Assembly (NCBI RefSeq): GCF_964204865.1
Contig: NC_135257.1
Coordinates: 7,192,001 to 7,256,000 of the forward strand
Reading direction: 5' to 3'
Source of the DNA: Styela clava
Taxonomy: Eukaryota
DNA length: 64,000 nt
How positions within the stretch are numbered: position 1 is the first letter of the stretch; every line of letters begins with the position of its first letter. Position numbers and translations under genes: made by a program. Positions 1 through 14,500 of this stretch are shown piece by piece. Below the pieces are notes generated by a model. It was not told the DNA's origin, did no database searches, and saw nothing but the letters and a program-made list of their open reading frames with translations.

Positions 1-834
1 TTCCACCTTTACTTTGTAACACTGTAAATATTGCTCATTGAATTTTCACGTCACACTTACATGGCCCGACAGTCTACTCTAGGTGGTCAAAATTTTTGGC
101 CTCTAGTTTAAAAGCCTTGCCCACCTCTGCTATAGATGGTGGCATAGCGACAGCAACAATTTTACCTACTGAAAATTTTAAAACAATTGGTTTATAGTAG
201 GCCTATAGCTGAGGAGAAAAGCGACATTAATGACTAAAAGTTGAAGAACAAGAAGACCGCCACCAACAAAAACAATTTAACAAAACAATCCATAGGCCAA
301 ATAAGATAGTAATCCAATTCGACAATTGGTATATGATATAGCGCATGAGGCAAGTTTGCATGTTGTCAAAAATGTTATCTTTCAGAATGTGATATGTTTG
401 ATGAATGCAATTCTTCAATTTATTTGTTTTAATGACAATACCGATTTCTTGCTAAGTGATAAAGTTATCACTGCTCCATCCCTCTTAGCATAATGATATA
501 TAACCCACAGAACACCAGGCTGTAATAGCAATTTTCGCAGCATTCTTAGACTTGTAGTAACTAAACGCATAGGCTTGTGTATATAATTTCATGGGATTTA
601 GTTTCACTGGGATTTACCGTACACGCAATATTTGCCAACTTGCATCTAAAAGTAGTTGGAAACAACAAAGCGAGCTTTTGTGGTATTGGCCCCCATTTTG
701 CTGAAAACATTTGATGTGATTACCCATGAGGCTTGGCATTTCTGATGCCCTTTCCCTTTTCACAATTTCCTTTTAAAATTATATTGATACGCCTCATATT
801 CTGATGTGCACGCGACAACTTCAAGAAATCTCCT

Positions 835-990
835 GCAAATATCCATGGGTGCAATGTCTGCGTCTACAAATATCCATGGGTAAAAATATCATGAGGCGTG
901 AAGGCCCATGAATGCAAACAACAATGGGTGTAAATTTCCGCGGTTGCAAGTGTTCGTGGAGGAATTCTTTAATCTGTGGGCGCAAAGTTG
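835..990. repeat. Degenerate ~16-bp tandem array (tgggtgcaaatgtcca-like), resembling the subrepeats of the 5957 MITE in reverse orientation
   Basis: Recurrent atccatgggtgcaa, atccatgggtaaaa, aatgggtgtaaat, gtgggcgcaaag. Confidence 0.5.
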
Positions 991-1937
991 ATGAAACTGA
1001 AACAATGTATTAGAGTAGTAATCAGGATAAATATCCCATATACTATACTAAAACCCTTCCAAGAAGTGTCTTGCTACTGCGGTGAGGAAACCAAGTATTT
1101 TTTGCATATTCCACTAGTAGTTTTATTTCGATTTTGTACTACAATTTTAGATCAGGAGTTTTCATTCAGTCAATATCGGGAATCGTCTTAAAACAGCGAA
1201 ATTAGATGTCTTTAATTTGTTTATATAAACTATTTGTGTCTATAATCAAAACCAATAGATTTTTCTCCTGCCATTGCGTTAATTTTGTTTCTCAGTTTAA
1301 GCATGAACGCACTGTTTATCATGTTTGCATTAAAAATAAATAATGAAGAGAGGCTCATTCGAACTTTATCTTGAGTGCGATTATGTTCAGATATGTCATA
1401 ATGTACAATTGGACCTTGTACCACTTAGAAGTTTGCTCGTTCAAATTTTGTTTTCAATAAATTAATAAAAAAAAAATAATAATTGCAATATGTCGCGTCC
1501 GAGTAAACATGATAGGTCACTGTGCGTTTTTCGATAAGATAACAAAATTGTCAAGATACGATCCGCCCTATTATTCAACAATCATCGTTAGAAGTTTGGT
1601 ATCGCGTTGATGACTATAGCAAATATTGAAATAGTTTATCTTTCATCAACTGGATAAAAATTATGTAACATTTTAATCTATTAATACTAGTCATTCTTAT
1701 GGACATAACACGCGTCACACAAGAAAGAAGTAGTCTATGCATATTTTATCCACGGCATATACTTGACTTTAGTAAATTCATGTCGAGGTATGCTAACGAC
1801 TTTTTGTAATTTGCTCCAAGCTCTCGAACAAAATTGCGTCATTTTTTTCGTCAGAGGACATTTCAGTTTGGAGAGCATGACTGTCTCACAAAAATCAAAA
1901 GTAGTTTGGCATTTTGTAATATGGGTTCAAGTATTTT

Positions 1938-2174
1938 CGGTACTCCCAAAGTATGTGAACCAAGATGACGGACGCCGGAACGTAGTATGTGTATCAGGTT
2001 GGGGTTAAGCCATAATTTCATTCCAGCTTCCTTATTTAAGTTCTATTGCGATTTCGGAGACTAGCCAAGTGACTCCCGTAGTATTTGTACTTAAAATTAT
2101 GGCCTAACCCTAACCTTGGTACACATACTACGTTCCGGTGGTCGCCATCTTGATCACATACTTCGCGAGTACCG
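1938..2174. mobile_element. MITE with ~80-bp TIRs containing a telomere-like (TAACCC) motif, 6-bp TSD TATTTT
   Basis: Left arm cggtactcccaaagtatgtgaaccaagatg...ggttggggttaagccataattt. Right arm aaattatggcctaaccctaacc...cacatacttcgcgagtaccg. TATTTT at 1932-1937 and 2175-2180. Confidence 0.9.
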
Positions 2175-2517
2175 TATTTTCTTGGTAATTCTAGAACTAG
2201 TAGGTTGCTACTTTATAATTAAAAACTTTTTTTCTCTATCTATACTTTTATTTATATTGCAACAATTTAAATGTAAAGTTTGTGAACTATGTAAAAGGCA
2301 AAAGGCAAGGTATTTGTAATTGTTCATGGATCCGTGTATTGAAAAGACCTTTTTGGGTATTGTTTTGCAATTTTCGATGCCACAAGTTAGTGTAAAGAAC
2401 TTCATTTTTTTGAAAAACACGAACCCACCCAAACCAGGAAACGAGCTTTAAACGGCCCAAATATCATTAACGAACATTCTTCAAAATTAGTTTGTGTTTC
2501 AACAGAAAATAATAACC

Positions 2518-5500
2518 ATGTCTTTTGAAATACTGAAAGTAGAGAATTTTCTATTGCTTTTTTGTATTCCCTACTGCTTCTCGTTATCTACATCAGACGT
2601 AAAAATCACTGATGATGGTGGTTACACGGGAGTTGTAATTGCAATTAACTCAAAAATAGAAGAAAGCGATAATCTAATCCAAGCCATCAAGGTAAATCAA
2701 GTTTGAGTAATTGTTTTATCAATTTAGCCTAAATTTCATTATAATACTTTTTTAAATTTAAATACATTTCTTGGTTCGATCACGACCTGACCAAAAAGCA
2801 AGCGAACTAACGATGTATACTCATTAATATATATACCATTGCTATAAATATATTGAAAATTAATATGTTCAGACGACATGGACAGAAGCGTCTCGAGATT
2901 TATACGTGGCAACGAAAAATTTGGCGTACTTTAAAGAAATCACAATTCTACTACCAAGAACCTGGAATAAGATTGACAGAGATCCTGTATTGGGTAAAGA
3001 AAATTACGACCAGGTAAAAATTTGAAACATAGTTTGAATTGAGATGCATTTAGCAGAAATTAAACTGGTATATGTATTGCTCAAGCAATGCAACTTGTTC
3101 TCAACTACGTGTAATACTTGAAAAGTATAGTTGTATGTATGCAATCTATATGTGAATCAGCTTTAGCGCAATATTATGACGTCCAGAGGAAGATTACCAC
3201 TGTAAAACAAACTTCGTAAACTAGTATAATATGTGAATTATATCGGATACACAGTTCCGATCACGAAAATATCACCAAATTTACTAAAAACCACACAGAT
3301 CGTATAAAACTGCCATCACTTTGGCGAAATCGCTCATTCAATTGTCGTGGCATAACTATTTTTTTTATAGTGTTTTAATTTCAAACGTTAATATAAATAT
3401 ACATACTGTTTCCTCCTTGTCATCAACTGCTTATTATTAAAGTTGATGTCTTACGGGTAGCAGCCGTGCTCGTCTCACGATTCTGATAGAAATGTTAAGA
3501 TCAGTCTTATCAATTAATATTATCTCAATATCAATCAATCATATTAAAAAAAAAACTTTTTTAACTGATCACAATATGACGAAGTAACAATTTTATTAAT
3601 TCCCATAAACATTTTTATGAACAATTTTTATTTATTATTGTCTTCGTTGATTTTTTATGTTAGTTTTTATGATATTTAATAGGCGGATGTCATCATAGCC
3701 CCAGAAAACCCGAGCTATGGAGACTCCCCATACACATTGCAATATGGTGGATGCGGAGAGCCTGGAATTTACACTCATTTCACCCCTGAATATTTGCAAA
3801 ATGAGGAAATTATCGATGATTATGGAGAAAAAGGTAAAATTAGTACATGGTACTTATGCTGATGAGGTACAGTATGAAACTAAAAATGCTTCATGCAAAC
3901 GTGTATATTTTTCATCATGTGCTATTATTTGTAAGCAATTTGCTTTTATTGTTCTTCGAAAACATATATCTTTCAACACCAACATTAGTAAAAAGTAAGC
4001 TTATACAACTCGTTGACTCACAAATAAATTGTTTATGTATATCAGGGAAGGTAGTTGTGCACGAATGGGCGCATTATAGGTGGGGAGTGTTTGATGAAAC
4101 CTCGAGCAATTCTCCGTTTTATTGGGATCCGAATAAAGATGGAAGTAATGGACCCGAAGCGACCAGGTAAACAAAACTTTTGTTAAATAAAACTGTTGTT
4201 TCCCACCCATTGATGGGGCGCCATCAGTAAATATTTCCGAAAGTTTCGCCAAAGACATGCCAAGACACTTTGTCTTTTTCATCACAGCTCCCAACAGACC
4301 AATACCTCTAATCGCACCCTTAATAGGGACAATGACCACAAGCTCTGCGGTAACTTCAAAATCATTATTAACTCCCCTCAAGAAGATCGCCAACTGAGCA
4401 GTAACCTTGATGTAGGTGCTCATAATAATATAACACATAATATACATTCTCAATCTAAGAATGGCTTCGATTGTTTTGCGATAACGTTATATAGAGTAGT
4501 AAAAGACCAAGTGTGTAAGACCAAGTGTGTAAGTGGCTATGGCATCTTTATTTATCGATATATCCTCCCAGTTGCTTTCGATTCAAAATGGCACTAATGG
4601 CCAGTTGAAAGGGCTGGCAGAGTGCATTTCAGGAAAATAAACAAATCGTTTATATCACATCTCTGTATACTACATCACTCAAAAAATAGCTTTACTTCAA
4701 TTTTTTTTCACTCTATTTTGAAAAATACAGCGCGGGCCAATCGAAATGCTCCTGCGGGCCACATATGGCCCGCGGGCCACGGTTTGGACGACCCTGACCT
4801 ATATCATGCCAAACTTATAGTCTTGATTTGTATCAGTTTTATAAACTCACAGTGTTTAGGTTATTTCTAGTCCTACTCCCACTTTCAATTGTCTACAATG
4901 GTTTGAAATTATTATTGATGTTATTACCAGATGTCCATTGTCAATGAACGGGGAAGTTCGAGACCTAAATTCAATAAATGTTGAAAGGAAATGCACCCTC
5001 GCGGATATAGACCCTGCAACAAACACATATCCGGACAATTGCCTGTTTTTTCCATACGAAGATCAGTTTTACCATCCCAACTCTTCAATGATGTGTTATC
5101 AGTATATGAAAGAGGTTAGCCAAAGACGTTGTGTAGAAATCTAGATTACCGTTACCAGATATGAGATGCAGTATTTCCACACGTCGTCTGCTAGTTGAAC
5201 CATTGATCACCAACAAATAGATTAGTATATACATATATGAATTATTATACATGAATCTTATTGTGTGAAGCGTCAAAAAAAGTTTCATATATTTGCGTTT
5301 TTGCACTAAAATCTCGGGCATACCAGGAGAGAATATTGAAAAATGGCAACCATAATCTAAACTCATGTACAACAGTTCACACACATTTTGTGCTATGCCG
5401 TTGTGTAACAAGCGCATAACTGATATCATTAGCATCTACCCGCCGCTGATGTCATACCTATTTATACGCCATCAGACGCAATTTAAGTGACCTATTCTGA

Positions 5501-8500
5501 CAGTTTGCCTTGCAACATACAGGTAACAACGTTTTGTGAAGATGGTTCAAATGCCAATCCTAATAATTTGCACAATCCGTATGCGCCGAATGACCAGAAC
5601 CGCTTATGCAACATGAAAAGTACGTGGACTGTAATCATGGAATCTGAAGACTTCATGGATGTTAATAATAAGCCTTCTATTCATGTTGCTGACACTAGAC
5701 CAATATTCAAAATAGTCAGACCTCAAGAACAGAGATTTGTATTGGTGTTAGATTCTTCGAGAAGTATGGAAGGGGTATGTACAGTAATCAAAGTCGGTAG
5801 TAACCTAACCGATATACACGAAGCAGAGCTTTTGTGGCATACACCGTGACATAAAATTACCAAATAAGCAATAGTACTTTTCACTCCACTCTTATAACGT
5901 AACTTGTACTGAATGATTTTGTTTTTCAAAAGTAATCTGTCTATCAATTAATAAGACGGTTCCATTACATTTGAACCCACGTACATTTGAACCCGTAATT
6001 TGAACCCACGACAATTGCATCTGCATACCATTGCACCTATGAAATTTTTTTTACGGATATTTGACCCCATACTAACCCTAACCCATGGATTTTAGCACTC
6101 GCATATAAATTGAACCCGCGGATAAACGGATGCAAATGTATGGGTTCAAATGTACGGTCACTGATAAGACGGATTTCTAAACTACTGTAAATGACCTGTA
6201 ATTGGTACGTTTGGAATTCATTTTTATTTTTGCCTCTTTTCCTGCGAGTCTGAATGCTTTATATGGAAAAATTATATGTAATTATTATGATTTGATCGAT
6301 CGATCAAAATATTGACGGCTCGCCTCGACATATTGTACTTTCTGTGTTAGGCTATCAGAATAATATAATGATGTGGTATGAACCGATATTTCCATTTCAG
6401 TACAAACAGGATGAGATGAGAACTGCAGCGTATAATTTTATCACTGTGGCAGTTCCGCGCGGTAGCTACGTTGGGATCGTAGAATTTGGAACGGATGCAA
6501 CCACACTGAGCGAATTGAAAGTTATGAATTCGTCGGAGGCTCGGGAAACTATGACGTCATTGCTCCCGACAACGACAGGCGGTCAAACTTGCATCGGATG
6601 TGGAATTAGGAAAGGCATAGAGGTGGGTGATTTCATGAAATAATTGATTAATTTATTGAATATTTTTATTGTTAAGTTTACCACAAATTAGTATTGCTAC
6701 AAGCCTACAACTGACATATCCATTACCCATTTCACGCAACACCACTAAGTCCCAAGGCTACAAATTACCGATTTTTTATTGAGATATATGATCTTTGATT
6801 CTGGAAATAGTTCATACATTTGCCTTTTTACGAATTTATATATATGCTATGAGTTATGCCATATAGTTCATCGCTTCTTTTTGTGCTGTGTTTTATAATT
6901 TTAAAATATTCCCATAATCTAAAATAATCAAAAATGTTACGGTGTCAACTTTAGTGTTGCGCGATTAACCAACGCGACTAGGTGCATGGTTATACGAAAT
7001 ATAAGCTGGCGCTTACAAGAATTAAATCGTAAATCTTCACACTGTAACGCCATGTTCAATAAACACACTAGGGTAAAGTTATATATTGAAGTTCCCTCCG
7101 GTGTATAAGCTTATCTAAACATAGTTAACATAACTAAAATTCATTTTAGAATTTTCTAAATCATAATGCTAATTTATTGCGGCTAGTAAGGCCACCTCTG
7201 AGATTATGTCATGCTAAGGTTTGTTTTGATAGTTTTAATTGCGTATTTATTACAATCAGTCGTAAATTATAAAATCTCGTAAAAGTACAAATAAAAGTAC
7301 AAAGTGGGCTGACCGGTGGATTGTCCCGTATGTGTATATTGACCCCAACTGTGGGAAATATATGACTTCATGAGCTAACGAAAGATTTTAGCCATAGCTG
7401 GTTGTAAGTAAAAAAAATAGCATACAATACGAATTTCTAACATTCATACTTGAAAATATAATAGAAAAACACGAACATAAACTTCTAGAACATAAATTTC
7501 TATTCTACACAGGTTCTTGAAAAATTGAGCAATCCAGCAGGTGGGCACATTATTGTTATCACGGATGGTTGGGGTTTTGCAGTGGACGAAGTATATGATG
7601 ACGTCTTGACTAAGGTATCTTACAATAAATAATTAAGGGTTACGTAAAATTAATTTGTTTTTCATTGTATTTGCTGATAAACGACAGTAATACTCGAAAA
7701 TCCAATTATTATTAAACTTTTGATATAAAAGTTGAGGAATTTATCTAAAAATTTAAAACAATTACTTTATTTTCAGGGCATCGTGGTCAGTGCCATATAC
7801 ATAAAAATTTACGCACGACAAATTTTATCCACGTTAAGTATTGAGAGTGGCGGATCTTGGTATTACACAGAAAACGAAGAAGACATGCAACAAGCATTAA
7901 AAGAAGTTGCATCCTTCGGCGACAAGGAAAGCAACTCCCATCAGGTACACTACGCAGGGGAAATAATAATTTTGTACCTTTATCATTTAGTCAATAGTCG
8001 TAAAAATGAGGTACCCATAATTATTACCCTAATGATAATATATGATTAAACAATGGAGAAAAAATAAGTTAAAAACTGATACATAAAAAACGAAAAAATA
8101 TGATATTTCCATATTTGTTTTTGTGTTAGTTTTATTTTTGTTTCCATAAACGAAATAATCTGCCAAATTTTTATTTACTTTTCAGATTCAAAGTAAATCG
8201 TTCTACCTACCTCAAGGACGAGATTTCACATCTGAAGTATTCATTGACCATAGCATCGGACTTGACACTAGTTTTGTATTCACTTGGTCCAAAAATTCTC
8301 TGTCTCCACCCATAGTACATATAAACAGCCCTTCGGGTTGTGTTTACACGAATGCTAATATTTCTGATGAAAGTATTTGCAACAGTGGCTCAGAATACAT
8401 CTTATCTCCTGAATTTCTTTCTATCAAATTCAACATACTGGGAAATGCAGAGGTACAACTAACCTACTTCGTAATCAGTACTTGGTACTTAATCAGTTTT

Positions 8501-11500
8501 TAGCCTTACATAACGACCTTGTGCTATGCTATGGTAGACTAAGATTGAACACAATTAACTATAGTGAGAATTTTGCTGCTGTTTCGTTCCCAATATAAGA
8601 TTACAAATGAGGTCTCAAAGAAGTTTCTGCAACACGTAGCTCTGCAGCGGCGTTCAGCCGATTTCGTTGCTTCGTTTTAATTAAATATAGTGATGAGGAT
8701 GTTTTTTTGCCTAACGCATACGTAACTGGTTGAAAATACGGATAACAGTTTGATTGCTCGATTACTTAGCGACGGGTATTCGTTAATAATAGATATCCAA
8801 AATTGTGACAGTGATTCTTTTTTAAATCTGGACTGTAAAGTAGAATCACAATTTTAATCAAGCTTTTTCCTTTTCACCGGGTTTATCATATTAATCTCTC
8901 TGCAGTTGATCGACGCCTCAAACGAAATACATTACAATGACAAAGTCGTCGGTAACTCAGCACCAGGCGCAAAATCTTACTGTGCCTATTAAAAATACTG
9001 TCAAAGATCTCTGCGGCCCATGCTTTTTTGCGCGTCTCGTGACCACCTGTAGGGTCGCAACAAGTTCATATCTTACTGGAATATTATACTGTTCTTGACT
9101 GTTTTAAACAAAGAGATATGCATAACGTTTTATATGAATAGTCTTATTAATCAGGGAAAACGTATTGGATAGAAAAAGCACGCGTGCCGATTTTTAGGTT
9201 TCTGAATCTTGCGAGATTTGTTGGAGCGCGTCCGCGATGAATCGTAGCCGAAAAGTGTGATTACTTAGCGCCCAGATGTCGCGAAAGACGTCGCAATATG
9301 ACGGCCTTATAATATGATCGTCATAAGATATTTAAATCTTTGTAAAGTATATCGTCATACGTAATATTTTGAGATAATCAAACAGAAAAGTATTTTCGTA
9401 ATTAGCTACATAACATGGTTCTACCAACTTGAACGCAATTCGTAGTTATTTAGCGAAAAGGGGGAAATTAAATGTTGCTGTAACGTACAGTTCTCACGAG
9501 TGGGCTTTCAACAACTTTTTCCGAATGTTTGGGTTATATGACCAAATGAACTATCCCTTCTTCCGTAACAAAGTCAAACAATGTGAACAATCCACAGAGA
9601 ATCGAATTAAAAGTTATTTTAAGCATTAGTAACGTTATATTGAAATCATGGAGTCTTACAAATAAAAAATACAGCCCCTTTATCATCGAATATTAAATGT
9701 CATTGAAAAATATGAAATTTAAAAACAAATTTCGAAGTGGTTGTCACTTCATAAGATTATTATACCAGTTTTTCCTTAAATTAGTCTTTTACTCCGTGCA
9801 AAGGTCTCACGTAAGAAGCATTTCTGGTTTTAAAATAGCATTTGCAAGACAGGTATTCACGAAGTATTTGTCGAGACAGAGCAGAAATATGCAACGATAG
9901 CAGATTCCAACATATGTTTGCTAAGCGTGCCACTCCTAATTTGTGACGGCTATGTTATTGGTGCCATAAGTAGCTGACATGTTAACCACTCTTATTCCAA
10001 CAAACAAAAGCTCATGTCTCAGTTTGCAGGATAATCACATAACGAATATTTATTTATTGTGTACAATAGTTGCTTCAATCAAAAAAAAATTGAAGCAAAG
10101 TCACATGATCATATGCGCTAACGATATTCCAAGCTCGTAATTTTAATTTGAGACATTTGGAATACTGTTTGCCTTTAGAAACAGTCTACGAGCGAGAAAA
10201 TCAACATTTAAAAAATATATACGTTTTTTTATAATAGGCCGGAAAATGGGCTTACTCTGTCAAGCCGTCAACAAATGAGCCACAAGATATGACGTCATCT
10301 GTGACCTCATCGTCGTCTGGTGAAAGCGTCGATCCTATTGTGGTCTCTTCTGGCATTAGTAATACAGATGTAACAGGTGGTTCTTCTACTGTCGTCTACG
10401 CCAAAGTAAGTAAGCATTTTGTAACAAACAGTATTACTTTTTGTAAATTCCTTTTTTGTCCCATATTCAATTTTTCAGGGATAATAATTTGAAATCTCTA
10501 TTATCAATGACCGCAAATGAAGCTACATTTTTTTTCGAGTTATTTCATTCCAATCAACAAGTATGGGAAAATTCTTTTCCCTTCTCGTTTTCAATGTAAT
10601 GCCAATTCCATGACTTATTACATAAGCTCCACCATACATTTTATATCTATTTTTATTTCAATATAAACAAAGTAGTCTCTTTCTTTCATACTTCCATATT
10701 CACTAATAATCCTAGTTAACGGATATAAAAAATAATTTATCATAACATTTTGACGCTCTATTAAAGGTGACTCAAGGATACAAACCGATTCTCGGCGCTA
10801 TTGTCGAAGCAACTGTCAGCAGGCCATCTGGAGGGCCGGTTGTTATTAACTTATATGATAATGGCGCGGGTAAGACATATCTTAATCTCGTAGATTAGAG
10901 AGCGATTTAGATCATGGCCCGACTACAGTCAGACTTGAGTCACATTTGGATTGTTTGTGGCGAAAGGTCGAAATCACACCATCTGAGCCTGAATTATAAA
11001 TATTACAGTAACCCAAGTATTAAGCCTACTTGGCCGAAACGAGCAAAACGAGTTTGTTCAAACAAAAACGAGTTTGTCCGAACAGTCCAACATTATAAAA
11101 TCCGAAATATATACATCTGAAAGATGGAATGATTAACGTTGGTTTGCATTTCACAGGAGCCGATATTAATTCTAATGATGGAATTTATTCGAAATATTTT
11201 ACTGAATATTCCGGTAGAGGAAATTACGCTGTCAAGGTACGTAAAAATAGCGCAACCCTTACCGATATTTTTCTTTGTTAGTTTCATCATTTTGACATAC
11301 ACAAAGGTTTATTTATTATTCAGTATTTTTATTGTGGAGATGAAATTGTAACATATAGGAAAAGAAGGATTTTTCAAGCCGCCCTGTCTACTGTAATGAA
11401 ATGGACTTTGATTTGTTAACCTGATTAAACTAATTGTTTAAACAGTATTCACTTACGTAACCTACGTTTGTTTAAACTTCAGTAAACCATTTATTGATTG

Positions 11501-14500
11501 ATTGATATTTGGCTTCTTTAAAGTTCAATCTTCTTAATCAAGAGAACTTGCTGATGTTCAGTCTAAATTCTAATTCACAGCACGATTTTAAATACGTGAT
11601 ATTGCTTGTTTTTATAATGTACATTACTAAATTGATTACCTCAAAATTGACGGTATCATTTGAGATGGGATCGTTTTACATATTTATCTCGCGGAAAGCA
11701 AAGTTATGAGAACGTCTTAATCATATGGTGAACCACGGCCTCTCGTCCGGTTACAGGTCCATGTCGGGTATTGAATTATTCTTAGCCAGTTATTCGTTCC
11801 CAGATGTATGAAATTGATGGTGGAGGAAGCCGGTTACGTGAACCACTCTACTAAATGAATAGTCATTTCTGGTATAATGCAACAATTTTCTGCTTTTCGT
11901 TATAAGTTTTGAAGACCTTTTCGATATAATAAATCATTCCATGATTTTGACTCTCTCTCTACCAATTTCTAGTTAAGAATTTCAATGTCCATCAAAACGT
12001 TATTTTTTACACCTTCACGTGTTGATTACCATTTATCAAATGCTTTTCTGCATAAAAAACACTTCAATGACAATATGTTTGTAAAGGTTGAAGTAAGATA
12101 TCACAACCAATCATCAGTTGCGAGAAGCAAAAGTACATCAAGAGCAAATTATAAACCTGGAGTCATTTCTGTCGATGGTGCGATTAATTTGTTTTTATCA
12201 AATTATTTATTGTAACTCATTTAGTAATAGCGCATATATTTGGTGCACTCTTTATTTGGCATCCTTGCTGCTAGGTACTTTCCTGACGTAGAGACATAAT
12301 ATTGTGAGAAATTCAACTATTAGGAATAATAGTGAAACTTGCTTGAGATAATTCTGAAAAAATGAAATACACCCCATTATAATTAAATTTATTAAAAATC
12401 ATATTGTTTTATTTAGGTTCGGTATCAGTAAACCCACATGGAGTAACGGGACCTGAAGGCAACTCGGAAGGAGGCGGAGAAAGCCAGGCTGAAGACGTCG
12501 GTGACTTCACCAGAGTAGTTTCGACCGGTGGATTTAGCTATACTGGGTACTAAATGTTTGAACTACACTTAATATTAAAATTTCGGATAAATTTGTAAAC
12601 TGACAGGTAGGGCTGGGCACTTCGAATAGTAAATTATTCGAATCGCCGTCATCTTGTTTTTTTCTTCTTTCCGCCATTGGTCGAGGTGAATTACCCAATT
12701 TTATTTTTTTAATTTAGTCATATTTTTTCAATGCAATCCTGTCATAATGACTATTTTCTGTATTCAGTTGTTGGTAAATAAGTGTTTTGTTATTGTGTGT
12801 GAACGCTCCGCAATCTGTCCTAGTAATGTTTTTAGTAATTCACTTGTTGACAGGACCAATTACAATAAAAAAGCCGGGTTAAGGGAAAGAGTATTTCCCA
12901 AATTTAGATCCATACTTTTTACAGACCCAGTACGGCTGAAGACACAATTCCACCAGGGAAGATTGTTGATTTAAAGATACAGCAAAAAAATTTGAGTGAT
13001 CCATTTGCAGGGGTGATATTAACGTTTACAGCTCCAGGCAATGACTATGATGCGGGAACAGGTATATATATATGTCTAGTTTAGATATGATTTGGCTTAT
13101 ATTACTGTATTAGACACAAGTGCTCTTTAAATAGGCTACTATGCTTGTGACGTCTTGGGTATTACCAAATGACCAGTGGACAGAAATATTAGTTTTTACA
13201 CGAGAAGACATCAGTAAAACACAGTGTAGCCTTAAGTTATTTTTGGACGTTCCATTACAAAATTACTTTTTTATAAAAGTCAAGCACTTCTAAATTAAGA
13301 CTACATGACAGACAAGTAGCAAGTCACACGAACACGAGAGAGAGTAAAAGAATGATTTCAGCCTCGGAGATTTAAGTTCGATCAGTACGGGTTGCTTGAG
13401 CCGAAAATATTGCATACTATACATTCCGCAATGTTATATCAGACAGAGCTTAGTGCGAGACACTTCGAATGACAAGAGCGATTTAAGAGCACGCAGACAG
13501 GTAAAAGAAAGGAGCAATTACGAGAAAACAATCGTGACATAATAATCAAATTTACAAATCTAGTCAGTGTGGGTGATAACAAAATAAGAATGCTTTTTCT
13601 TGGGGACAAGTTGATGTTATTTTCCATTTTAATATTTCCTGAAATAAAGTTAAAATTATTTATACATTGTTTTGGCAGCATCGCGCTACGATATCAGTTA
13701 CACCTATGATGATCCCTCTTTGCTGGTGAGCAATTTCTACGATAATGTCATGGTTACCGACTCGCATATCATTGAAGGCGATTTGAACGCACCGTCTAAT
13801 GCTGGCTCTTCTGAAACGATGATAATCCAAACTCCGATTGCAAGTAACAGCCAGACCACATTAAGGTAAACGATCACAATCGTAGCGCCAGTGCATGTAC
13901 TACATTTGGTTTTCATTGCGCCAAATTGTCATTTAATTAATATCTACATGACGGGCAATTGAATCAGGTTCACTTTCTTAAAAATATTTTCTACTTAGCC
14001 CTGGGCTGTGATAAATTTTTTTATAATTAGTTAGTTTTCGGAGTATTTTCTTGGGCAAATATTCAAAAAAGACAAGGGAGTAATTCTCAAATATTGGTCG
14101 CGCATCCGTACCGATATGGTAGGCCTGATAAGCACCAATTTTGCTGAAGCGATCGGCGGTCACGAAGCACCACGAAAGGCGATTTTTTCTCAACAACGAC
14201 AAAAAAAAACGTTAAAGATAACAATATAAACAATCCATATGTACATTTCGTGCCGGTTAAAAATCTTGTGCAATCCATTTCTCACATTACCACTTAACAA
14301 TATGACTATCGCAAGCATTGCTGGGAAAAATGCCCCAATCGCATATTGTTTTCATTTTATTTAAATAAAAAAGGTTAAATCGTTTCCCCCTTTTCTGATA
14401 AATTCTCTTTCTACCAACACTAAAACACTTGCATTTCATCAGACTCGCGATTGCTGTAAAGGCTGTGGACAGTTCTGGGAACGTTGCAGAAACATCTAAT

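Noticed and set aside
227-1424. Short ORFs upstream of CLCA
   Set aside because: No homology cues or splice-consistent structure; partly degenerate repeat.
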